Part shown: one piece after another, positions 55,804-64,000 of the stretch
How the letters are laid out: every line of letters begins with the position of its first letter
Position numbering within the stretch: the first letter of the stretch is position 1
NCBI RefSeq assembly: GCF_905372745.1
Contig: NZ_CAJPQR010000003.1
Location: forward strand, 16,748-80,747
Length of the DNA stretch: 64,000 nucleotides
From: an uncultured Campylobacter sp.
Lineage (GTDB): Bacteria > Campylobacterota > Campylobacteria > Campylobacterales > Campylobacteraceae
Direction: 5' to 3'
Position numbers and translations under genes: made by a program
The notes under the pieces: model-generated
Told to the model about the DNA's origin: nothing
The model's input: only the letters and a program-made list of their open reading frames with translations
Databases searched by the model: none

Positions 55804-56490
55804 ATGCAAATAGATAAAATCCAAATCGAAGCGGGCTGGAAAGAGGCGCTAAAAGAGGAGTTTTTGAGCGAAAATTTCGCCCGCGTGAAGGAAAATTTCC
55901 TGCGCGCAAAGGCCGCGGGCGAGGTCTATCCGCCAAATGCGCTGATATTTAACGCCTTTAATCTAACGCCCTTTAACGCCGTCAAAGTCGTAATCCTGGG
56001 CCAAGACCCATATCACGGCGCGGGACAGGCGATGGGGCTAAGCTTCTCCGTGCCACGCGGCGTCAAAATCCCGCCCAGCCTGCAAAATATCTACAAAGAA
56101 ATTTACGACGATTTGGGCGTTACGCAGCCAAACTCGGGCGATCTGAGCTACTGGGCGAAGCAGGGCGTGCTACTGCTAAACGCGACGCTAAGCGTTAGCG
56201 CGGGACAGGCAAATTCGCATGCAAATTTCGGCTGGCAGGAATTCACGGACGCTGCGATCGGGAGGCTTAGCGAACGCGCCAGAAACGTTGTTTTCATGCT
56301 CTGGGGCAACCCAGCCAAAGCAAAAGCCTCGCTCATCGACACATCGCGCCACCTCGTGCTAACGGCGGCTCATCCAAGCCCGTTAGCGCGCGGCGCGTTT
56401 TTTGGATGCAGGCACTTTTCAAAGGCGAATTTGTATCTAGCGCAGCACGGCAAAGCGCCGATAGATTGGGATCTAAACAACGCCGTTTAG
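55804..56490 (+). CDS. ung: Uracil-DNA glycosylase
   Basis: ILGQDPYHG and AAHPSPLA motifs. Confidence 0.95.
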   Translation: MQIDKIQIEAGWKEALKEEFLSENFARVKENFLRAKAAGEVYPPNALIFNAFNLTPFNAVKVVILGQDPYHGAGQAMGLSFSVPRGVKIPPSLQNIYKEIYDDLGVTQPNSGDLSYWAKQGVLLLNATLSVSAGQANSHANFGWQEFTDAAIGRLSERARNVVFMLWGNPAKAKASLIDTSRHLVLTAAHPSPLARGAFFGCRHFSKANLYLAQHGKAPIDWDLNNAV

Positions 56491-56582
56491 AGCCTAGCTA
56501 GCCGCACAAATTTTACTTTAAATCTACGCAAATAGATAAATTTAACAAAGGAGTAAAATGGCGATTTCAATCAAACTCAAAT

Positions 56583-57212
56583 TTGTCGTGCAGTTTTGCC
56601 GGTTGCAAATACAAATGGGGGGAGTTTATATGGGCTACGCTAAAAGACTGCCGCTTTACTCAAATCAAAAAGAATGTCCGCTTAAAATTCAATAGTTGTA
56701 AATTGTTAGAGGACTGCCTATTTAGCGGAGAAATCCACAAGGTGCTTTTTTGGCATTCCAGTCTAAAAAACTGCACCTTTGAGGGGACGCTATACGACTG
56801 CTCTTTTTACGGGGTCGAAAAGATAACAGACCTGCGTAAAGGCGAGATTATCCCGCCTGAAAAAGTGGATAATAGAATGGACGGCGTGGATTTTTCTAAG
56901 GCGGATATCATTATGTGTAACTTTTGGTCATTTTGTTATTTGGATAAAGTCAAACCCTCAAAAAACAATTGCGTATTTAAGATAACCGATGAATTTTATA
57001 GCTGTTTGCTTTCCGTTATCGAAAATAGCGATAGCCCTTTAAAAGAGGAGTTGATAAAAGAGGCAAAATCAGATTATGCTCCACATCCTACAACCCCCTA
57101 TGAAGTAATACACCCCAAAGATTTTTTATATCCGGAAAAAGCAGAACTTGCCCAAGCGCTCTACGATCTCGTCTGCGAGGCGGCGGAGGCTACGGGATGC
57201 AGGGTGAAGTAG
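56583..57212 (+). CDS. Cys-rich repeat protein (pentapeptide-repeat-like N-terminal half), start unresolved
   Basis: The listed TTG start has no RBS. A strong AAAGGAG plus ATG sits at 56558 in another frame, and the two frames meet at a G6 tract (56617-56622). Confidence 0.5.
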   Translation: MSCSFAGCKYKWGEFIWATLKDCRFTQIKKNVRLKFNSCKLLEDCLFSGEIHKVLFWHSSLKNCTFEGTLYDCSFYGVEKITDLRKGEIIPPEKVDNRMDGVDFSKADIIMCNFWSFCYLDKVKPSKNNCVFKITDEFYSCLLSVIENSDSPLKEELIKEAKSDYAPHPTTPYEVIHPKDFLYPEKAELAQALYDLVCEAAEATGCRVK

Positions 57213-57375
57213 CAGAGCCCCGAGACTAAGCGACTAGCAAATAAACGAATAAATCTTAAACCGCTAAAATAGCAAAAAGCAAACGGCGCGGGAGGGCTAA
57301 ATTTAGAACTAAAATAAACGTTATCTCCCGCGGCGATTTTAAATTTACCGCCGAATCTTGCCTTAAATATAATAG

Positions 57376-57397
57376 AAATGTAGGTTACATTACATTT
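57376..57397. promoter_or_regulatory. 7-bp dyad upstream of the HMA gene pair
   Basis: aaatgta-N8-tacattt in an AT-rich promoter region about 80 nt before the ATG. Confidence 0.2.
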
Positions 57398-57475
57398 AAA
57401 ATAAATCAAAATAATAAATATATAAGAAATATACTGATACAATTTAATATCAAATATTATTTTCAAGGAGCGACG

Positions 57476-57736
57476 ATGAGGAAAATTTTACTTTTAGCGG
57501 CGATTTGCGGCAGCGTTTTTGCAGAGCAAACCTACGAACTAAATGTACCTAACATGAACTGCGGCGGCTGCGCCAAGAAAATCGAAGATGCCGCAAAAAG
57601 CGTCAAAGGCGTAAAAAGAGTGAGTTTTGATCTAAAAAGCAAGGACGTAAATATCACCGCAGATAGCGGCGCAAACGTGATGGACGTCGTGCGCGCCATC
57701 CAAGCTAAAAAATACAAAGTCGGTATCAAAGAATGA
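57476..57736 (+). CDS. Secreted heavy-metal-associated (HMA) domain protein, MerP-like
   Basis: Signal peptide MRKILLLAAICGSVFA. Metal-binding motif MNCGGC. Confidence 0.8.
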   Translation: MRKILLLAAICGSVFAEQTYELNVPNMNCGGCAKKIEDAAKSVKGVKRVSFDLKSKDVNITADSGANVMDVVRAIQAKKYKVGIKE

Positions 57737-57999
57737 AAAAGCTAGCTCTGGTTTTCGCGCTTAGCGCGGCGGCGTTTGCGGACAAGACGCTAGTTTACGA
57801 GATCCCCAATATGGCCTGCGTGAGCTGCTACGAAGTCATCACGCAGACGCTAAATACGCTTAAGGGCGTAAAGAAATTTGATGTAAATTTGGAAGCTAAA
57901 ACGGCCGATATCGTCGTCCAGGACGACTTTGCCGAAAATACGGTCGTAGAGGCGCTCAAAAAACAGGGCTATCAAGCTGTTTTAAAATCTGAAAAATAA
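57733..57999 (+). CDS. Secreted HMA domain protein, MerP-like (second copy)
   Basis: Signal peptide MKKLALVFALSAAAFA. Metal-binding motif MACVSC. ATGA overlap with the previous gene. Confidence 0.8.
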   Translation: MKKLALVFALSAAAFADKTLVYEIPNMACVSCYEVITQTLNTLKGVKKFDVNLEAKTADIVVQDDFAENTVVEALKKQGYQAVLKSEK

Positions 58000-58002
58000 C
58001 GC

Positions 58003-58039
58003 CCGCGCTGGATAAATTTAGCTCTTAGCGCGGTTTTTA
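58003..58039 (+). terminator. Hairpin plus T-run after the HMA pair
   Basis: ccgcgct-N17-agcgcgg followed by tttttat. The loop contains gataaatttagc. Confidence 0.45.
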
Positions 58040-58347
58040 TATTTTTAGCAAAAGCGGCTTTAGAGCTTAGCAAACCTGCTTGGCGTAGTTTTCTTAAGTG
58101 GCGACTAAATTTAGGCGTTTTTTGTTTAAATTTGCGGTTTAAAGCGCGTTTAAAAAACAAAGCTTAATCGCTGCGAAGATGAACCGCAAATAGCCGCCTT
58201 TTTACAAATTTTGCGGCGTAAATTTAGCCGAATTTAGCGACTTTTTAAAGCTAAAACGTAAGGCGAGTAAAATTTATCGCCGCCTAAAATGCGCGGTTTT
58301 TGACGCAAACGTCCAAAACCGACGAATAAATTTAACTAAGGATAATT

Positions 58348-60873
58348 ATGAAAAAAACGGCTAGCTTTTTGGTAGCGGCCGCGGCGTTAAATTTGCCGCT
58401 TTCGCATTCGGCAGCGAGTCGCGACGCTAATCAAGACTCTTTAAATTTAACCGCATTAAAGGCGTTAAATTTAAGTACGCTAAACGCTGCGGAGGTCATG
58501 CTAGATAAAGTCGAGGTCAGCGCCGACGCCAACGCTACGAAAGAACCCGGAAAACTAACGCGCGCGGATATGGATCTGATAACGTCTAAAAATCACGGCA
58601 TAACCGATCTTTTAAAAGGCAATCCAAACGTCGCCTTTAGCGCGAAAAACGCCAAAAGCGTGCGCGCGGGCGAGCTGGCTCCGCAAGATATCAGCATAAA
58701 CGGCGCGAGCTACTATCAAAACAACTTTACCCTAGACGGCGCAAGCATAAATAACGACCTAGACCCTAAAAAACGCACGTGGAATAACCACAACAACATC
58801 TGGAGCGACAGTACGATAGGCTCGCAAGCCATGAGCGTAGATACGGATCTGCTAGGTAGCGTCGAGGTGCTAGATAGCGCGGTCTCGGCTAGGTACGGCG
58901 GCTTTCAAGGAGGCGCCGTAAACGCTAAAACCAGAGACCCCAAAAGCGGCTTTCACGGCGTACTTAGCTACTCTTATACGGGCGGGGATTGGAGCAAAAT
59001 TTATAAAGACGCCTCCGCCGCGCAAAGATACGACGACGGCGATCTAGCCGATATGAGCGACTTTAAAAAGCGCAGGTATAGAGTCGGCGCAGAGGGGTAT
59101 TTGACGCAGAATTTCGGCCTTTTGCTAGACTACTCGAGGCACCGATCCGTCATAGAAAACCACTACAACAAAAAACAGATAAATCAAAATTTATACTCGT
59201 TTCCAAACGACAGGCAGACTAATGATAATCTTTTCGTAAAAGGCGTTTGGGGCGTGAGCGATAAATTTACGCTAAAGCCGAGTTTTTTGTACTCCAGGCT
59301 AGATAACTACACCTCCGCCAAGCGGTACCTAGACTCCCAGCTCACGCTAAAATACGGCGGTTACGTCGCGACTCTCGAGGCGCAGGCCGATCTTGAGGGG
59401 GTATTTTTAGAGCAGACGCTTAGCTACTCCGCCTCGCAAAACAGCCGCGACTATGAGCATGATACCGAGTACTACGGCTACAAACCCTCAAACGTCAAAA
59501 ACTGGGGAACCAATCCTAGCCCGAATTTCGGCTCGGGCATAGGAGGATTAAACGATTTTGAGCAACGTCAAAACAAGCTAGCGTATAAATTCGACGCAAG
59601 CGTGAAGGAATTTGAAGCGCTGGGCGCATCGCATCTGGTAAAATCGGGCTTTGAGATAGCTAGACAAAGCGGCAGCTACGAGATACCGCGCACCCGCGTA
59701 TCCTACGGCACGCCAAAGCCTTTGATGAGCGGAACGTGCATCTCCGGCGATAAAACTTGCGTCATAGACGATAGCTTCGCATCTCAAGGCGCGGTCGGTC
59801 AATATCTATCGAAAAAAACCTACTACTACGCCGTAAAAACCAAGGCCACGCAAACCAATCTCGCCCTTTATCTCGAAGACGAGATGAGGTTTGGCGCGTT
59901 TAAATTTCGTCCCGGACTTCGCATCGAGCGAAACGGCGATAACAACGACGTAAATTTAGCCCCGAGGCTGCTAGCCGAGTATGAATTCGCGGATAAAAAC
60001 TTCATAGGCCTTGGGTTAAACCGCTACTACGGACGAAATTTTTTCGCGTACAAGATGTATAACGGCGTGTATAGGATGTATGAGACTTGCGAGAGAAGCT
60101 CGTACGGCGGGGCGTATACGTGCGGCGGACTGGCTAATAACCGCCGTCCTATCAGGGAGCTAAAGACGCCTTACGACGATGAATTTAGCGCGTATTATCG
60201 CGGCGACGTCGGCAACGCGAGGCTAAATCTCAAATACGTCAGACGCCAAGGCCGCGACGAAGTAGCGACGAAATACGTAAGAGAGCCGCTACCTGGCTAC
60301 GGAAACGGATATTCTATATTTACCAACGAAGGGCAAAGCAAGCGCGACATCGTAACCTTAAGCGCGGCAAACATCGCTCCGATCGAAATTTGGGGCGTAA
60401 AAAACGATTTTGAAGGCTCGCTAAGCTTTACTAAGCAAAGCAGGAGCTTTACGGATTACGAAGACGACGAGATGAACGACGACGTCTCGTATAACGGAAA
60501 AATCATCAAAAAAAGCGAACTACCGGTTGTTGATTACCATGTGCCTTTTACAGCCAAATTTCGCCACTCGGCTAAATTTAGCGGCTTTAGCGTTTCAAAT
60601 TTCATAAACTATACGAGCAAAACGGACGTGCTGCTAGGCGGATGGAATAGGACGCGCGGGATGTACGTCTACGAGCGCCAAAAGCTGCCCGCATACGCAA
60701 CTTGGGATATGCGTATAGGTTACGAAAGGCGGCTGGCAGGCGATTTTCGAGCGTTTGTAAATCTTGATATAAATAATCTTTTAAACAAAAAATTTATCGC
60801 CTCAAACGAGGGCAACTACTACGAATACGGCCTTGGCCGCAACTTTTGGTTGGAAGCGGGTATGAAGTGGTGA
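58348..60873 (+). CDS. TonB-dependent receptor (841 aa), substrate unknown
   Basis: Signal peptide and plug region (VEVLDSAVSARYGGFQGGAVN). Long barrel. C-terminal WLEAGMKW. Confidence 0.85.
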   Translation: MKKTASFLVAAAALNLPLSHSAASRDANQDSLNLTALKALNLSTLNAAEVMLDKVEVSADANATKEPGKLTRADMDLITSKNHGITDLLKGNPNVAFSAKNAKSVRAGELAPQDISINGASYYQNNFTLDGASINNDLDPKKRTWNNHNNIWSDSTIGSQAMSVDTDLLGSVEVLDSAVSARYGGFQGGAVNAKTRDPKSGFHGVLSYSYTGGDWSKIYKDASAAQRYDDGDLADMSDFKKRRYRVGAEGYLTQNFGLLLDYSRHRSVIENHYNKKQINQNLYSFPNDRQTNDNLFVKGVWGVSDKFTLKPSFLYSRLDNYTSAKRYLDSQLTLKYGGYVATLEAQADLEGVFLEQTLSYSASQNSRDYEHDTEYYGYKPSNVKNWGTNPSPNFGSGIGGLNDFEQRQNKLAYKFDASVKEFEALGASHLVKSGFEIARQSGSYEIPRTRVSYGTPKPLMSGTCISGDKTCVIDDSFASQGAVGQYLSKKTYYYAVKTKATQTNLALYLEDEMRFGAFKFRPGLRIERNGDNNDVNLAPRLLAEYEFADKNFIGLGLNRYYGRNFFAYKMYNGVYRMYETCERSSYGGAYTCGGLANNRRPIRELKTPYDDEFSAYYRGDVGNARLNLKYVRRQGRDEVATKYVREPLPGYGNGYSIFTNEGQSKRDIVTLSAANIAPIEIWGVKNDFEGSLSFTKQSRSFTDYEDDEMNDDVSYNGKIIKKSELPVVDYHVPFTAKFRHSAKFSGFSVSNFINYTSKTDVLLGGWNRTRGMYVYERQKLPAYATWDMRIGYERRLAGDFRAFVNLDINNLLNKKFIASNEGNYYEYGLGRNFWLEAGMKW

Positions 60874-61811
60874 TTTGCTGGGATTTGTCCCGAAATTTAC
60901 CGCGCAAGATGCGGTAAAAGCGGGTCTGCGGCAAAATTTGCGAGCTTTAAAAGGCTAAAGCGCTTTGGTTTGGTTTTTATACGCGCCCTAAATTTGTGCC
61001 TTTTGGCTAGCTTTGGTTTTTGCCTTACGGCGCAAAATCGCAAATTTAGCGTTTGTGCGCGGCGCAAATCCGCGCTTTTGCCCTCTAGGTTTGCTAGTGG
61101 GCGTAAATTTGCCTATCTTTAGCGGGCAAATCGGCGAAACAGCTAAATTTCGCGTAGGGCGCGAGCGGTAATTTCCTTGCCTAAACGCAAAACGCGCGGG
61201 GTAGATTGGCGGCTCGGCGATTTTGCCGTTTAAAGCTATTTTTGCTCTTGCGGCTTAAAACTCTGAAACCGCGATAAAATTGCGGTTCGCGCTCTTTTTG
61301 GCGTGCTTAAAAACGCTATTTTTTATCGCTGCTTAAACGTCGCTAAATTTGCGATGATTTAGCCGTTGGGCCGCGTAAAATCAACTCAAAAGATACGAAT
61401 TTATAGCGCCAAAAGGCTATGTCGCTCGTGCAGGCGAAATTTATAAGCCAAATTTTACCCGCCTCGCTGCTACCTGGCAAGACCTCGCGCCGAGCCGTTT
61501 TGCCTGCGCGTACCTGCTTTGGTTTTTGTTTAAAATAAGGTCTAACAGCCCGTAACGCAAAGCTAAAAGCGTATTTTGCGTTTTTAAGCCTAAATTTAAG
61601 CGAAAAAATCGGCCGCAAGTCTTTATTTTACGGCAACTGGCCCTTGTATCCGAGATTTGCTCGCAAAGCGGCTTAAAGACAAGCGAAATTTAGCGTTTTG
61701 GTCGCAAAACTCCGAGCTACCTAGCATCTAATGCGGCAAAAACGCGTATAAATTTCCGGTTTCAGCGGTTTTTTGATATAATCAAAACAAAAGTTAAATC
61801 AAAGGAGTAAA

Positions 61812-62366
61812 ATGTATATCGTTCTAGGCGTCCTCGCCGTTCTCGCGCTCATCGTTATTTCGACTTATAACTCGCTCATCGGCAAGCGAAACCAAGTCCT
61901 AAATATCAAATCAGGCGTCGATACGCAGCTAAAAAAACGTTTTGACCTCATCCCGAATTTAGTCGCCACCGTCAAGCAGTATCTCACGCACGAGCGCGAG
62001 CTGCTAGAAAACATCTCAGCGCTTAGAAGCGGCATCCAAAAGGCTGCGGGCGACGAGCAGAGATTTGCGCTAAACGGCGAGCTATCAAATCTAATCTCAA
62101 AGTTAAACGTCGTCGTGGAGAATTATCCTGAACTAAAAGCAAATGAAAACGTAATGCACCTACAAAAAACGATAAATGATATCGAGGAGCAGATCTCCGC
62201 CGCGCGCCGCGCCTACAACGCCGCCGTGACCGATTACAACAACGCCGTGGAGATGTTTCCCTCAAACATCGTCGCTAGCTGGGCGAGGTTTAGCAAGGCA
62301 GCATTTTTCGAGGTGCCTAAGGGGCAAGACGATCCGCACGACGTGCACGAGCTTTTTAACCGCTAA
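61812..62366 (+). CDS. lemA: LemA-family membrane protein
   Basis: N-terminal TM, then YNSLIGKRNQV... and RRAYNAAVTDYNNAVEMFPSNIVA, both typical LemA segments. Confidence 0.85.
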   Translation: MYIVLGVLAVLALIVISTYNSLIGKRNQVLNIKSGVDTQLKKRFDLIPNLVATVKQYLTHERELLENISALRSGIQKAAGDEQRFALNGELSNLISKLNVVVENYPELKANENVMHLQKTINDIEEQISAARRAYNAAVTDYNNAVEMFPSNIVASWARFSKAAFFEVPKGQDDPHDVHELFNR

Positions 62367-62621
62367 ATTTGCGCTCAATTCGCCAAATTTGAACTAAATT
62401 TAGGCGCTTTAGCTGCGCTCTTAAATGCAAGCGGACTGGCTAAATTTGAACGAAAAAAGCGGCGCGAACGGTAAATTTAAGCGGCAAATTCGGTTTTAAT
62501 CAAAACGCCACAGCTCATAAACGGCGAGCTAAAATTTAAGCGGTTTAAACGCAAATTTAAAAACGAAAGCTCGCAAAATAGCCAAATTTGCAAAAGGGCA
62601 TTAAATAAAACAGGAGCAAAA

Positions 62622-63488
62622 ATGGACGATCTGGTCATGCTAGAGCTTGAGCGACAAAAGGTTTTACGCTCGCTTTTTAGGCTAAAGCTTGCCTGCGTTT
62701 TTATCGCTGCGGCCGCATCTTGGCTGCTTTATCTAGCCTCGCATAAAGCCGCGCTTAGCATCGGCGCTTTCGTAGTTTGCGCGGTCGCGATTTATTATTT
62801 TTTCGAGAGTATTTTCACGGATAGCTTTACCTTTAAATTTAAACGAAAAGTTATACGCAGCATCGTTGAAAGCTGCGGCCTAACCTACCATCCGGGCGGC
62901 TTCGTAGAAAATGATTATTTATATATGATTTATGATTTTGACATCGATAAATACTCGGGCAACGACCTGATTTTCGGGCAGATAGAGGGCGTGCGGGTCA
63001 AATTTAGCGACGTAGAGGCGATAAGCATCAAAGAGGACTGGCAGGGGAACAAGACTCATAGAGTGCTTTTTGCGGGGCTTTTGTTTGTCGCCGATTTTCC
63101 TAAACGACTAAAGGCCGTCACTCAAATTTGCAGCGGGACGGATGATTTTAAGGACTACGGCGGCAAGCGCGCGAGGATGGACGACGCGGAGTTTGAGCGG
63201 TATTTTAGGGTTTACGCAACCGATCAGATCGAGGCTAGATACGCGCTCACGCCAAGCTTGATGGAGAGCTTAAAACTGCTAAAAATAAGATTTCACCGCC
63301 CCATAAACATCGTGCTAACCGGGGATAAAATCTGCATGGCGATCCGCACGGGACGCGATAACTTCGAGCCCGATCTGCGCCGTCCGCTCGTGGGCAAGGG
63401 CGCGAATAGATTTTACAAAGACGAGATCGGCGGCTTTTTGCGTATCGTCGAGGAGCTGCGGCTAAACCGTAAAATTTGGGCAGATTAG
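62622..63488 (+). CDS. DUF3137-family membrane protein
   Basis: Two N-terminal TM segments. FERYFRVYATDQIEARYALTPSLMESL, a family-typical segment as I recall. Confidence 0.65.
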   Translation: MDDLVMLELERQKVLRSLFRLKLACVFIAAAASWLLYLASHKAALSIGAFVVCAVAIYYFFESIFTDSFTFKFKRKVIRSIVESCGLTYHPGGFVENDYLYMIYDFDIDKYSGNDLIFGQIEGVRVKFSDVEAISIKEDWQGNKTHRVLFAGLLFVADFPKRLKAVTQICSGTDDFKDYGGKRARMDDAEFERYFRVYATDQIEARYALTPSLMESLKLLKIRFHRPINIVLTGDKICMAIRTGRDNFEPDLRRPLVGKGANRFYKDEIGGFLRIVEELRLNRKIWAD

Positions 63489-63598
63489 GTGGTGCGGCGT
63501 CAAATTTGACGGGCGGCATAACCCGCACCCCAAAAATCTAAACGAGCGTGCGAGACGAAAGTCACCGAGCGCGGCGGTAAAACGAAAAAGGAGAGCGG

Positions 63599-64000
63599 AT
63601 GAAGGGCGTAGCGATAAGCGAAACGACGATAGTCGGCGATGATGGGAAATACTATAAATTTAGCTTTGAAGAGGTGCGCGCGGGGCGGCCGGACGGAGGA
63701 GAGCGCGTGGCGTTTCGAGCCGACGGGGAGTTTGCCCGCGACGTATTCGTGGTGACGGACGAGGGCGAGAGGCGCACCACGAAAGACGCCAGAAGCGAGG
63801 AGACGAAGGCGGCACTAAAAGAAAGCGCGGCATTTTGGCGGGCTAGGACGGCAGGCATAGCTTCCGGCGTCGCGCCTGCCGTTATCAAACTTTACGCGTT
63901 TTTTATCGCGGACTACGCGGGGCTAAAGCTACAAATCGCCGTTGCTCTAGCAGTCCTCGTAGGCGCGCTGCTAACCTATGCGGCGCTAGGCGGTATCGCG
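63599..64000 (+). CDS. Hypothetical protein, 3' end outside the window (not in the supplied ORF track)
   Basis: ATG at 63599 after aaaaaggagag. It is open for 134 codons to the window end (MKGVAISETTIVGDDGKYYKFSFEEVRAGRPDGGERVAF...). Hydrophobic segments appear near the end. Confidence 0.5.
   Translation, partial: MKGVAISETTIVGDDGKYYKFSFEEVRAGRPDGGERVAFRADGEFARDVFVVTDEGERRTTKDARSEETKAALKESAAFWRARTAGIASGVAPAVIKLYAFFIADYAGLKLQIAVALAVLVGALLTYAALGGIA

Noticed and set aside
61343-61618. A 91-aa minus-strand ORF in the 938-bp spacer.
   Set aside because: It has no RBS and a basic low-complexity translation (..KQKPKQVRAGKTARR..). It spans several AAATTT palindromes.
63652-63888. A 78-aa minus ORF near the window end.
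   Set aside because: It lies opposite the longer plus-strand ORF, which has a good RBS (63599 onward). Its translation is Ala/Ser/Arg-rich shadow-frame sequence.

Overview
This is a 64-kb chromosomal window. By gene content and order it reads as a non-jejuni Campylobacter (Epsilonproteobacteria), with roughly 45-50% GC by eye. As I recall, the block purN-nnr-comM-def-clpP-tig / folE-fliI matches C. jejuni Cj0187c-Cj0195. The window also carries the NifS/NifU Fe-S system. I found no rRNA, tRNA, CRISPR array, IS element or prophage.

Gene content:
- Housekeeping genes: glmM, lspA, rpsT, prfA, def, clpP, tig, folE, fliI, xth, ung.
- Metal homeostasis: zur, then znuA, a DUF1007-NicO fusion, znuC, a 524-bp spacer, and znuB. 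Also mntP, a di-Mop molbindin, two TonB-dependent receptors, an SbmA/BacA-type ABC importer, and two tandem secreted MerP-like HMA proteins.
- Nitrosative/oxidative stress: qNOR norB and a di-haem cytochrome c peroxidase.
- c-di-GMP proteins: one degenerate GGDEF protein and one PAS-GGDEF*-EAL sensor.
- Several AT-richer accessory patches: an orphan pilin-like gene; a WG-repeat/lipoprotein/Sel1 block; and an LRR protein followed by decayed small genes.

The most unusual signal is not a gene.
- The hexamer AAATTT, usually extended to perfect 10-14-bp palindromes (CTAAATTTAG, GTCAAATTTGAC, CGTAAATTTACG), is strongly over-represented throughout the window.
- It saturates a set of unusually long, GC-normal, ORF-free spacers of 0.3-1.1 kb.
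- It often forms inverted pairs or hairpins at gene ends.
- It also appears in frame inside low-complexity inserts of several proteins.
- This resembles a DNA-uptake-signal or RAATTY-methylation-motif landscape.

On top of that, a dispersed modular repeat family splits the nifS-nifU and znuC-znuB gene pairs. The znu spacer also carries a G-quadruplex-type tract and perfect hairpins. A 118-nt three-tier hairpin sits in the glmM/rpsT divergent region.

Several frameshifted or decayed genes are visible: ynfA, two small accessory genes, and possibly a G6-tract gene.

All functional assignments rest on motifs I can read in the translations. No database search was run.
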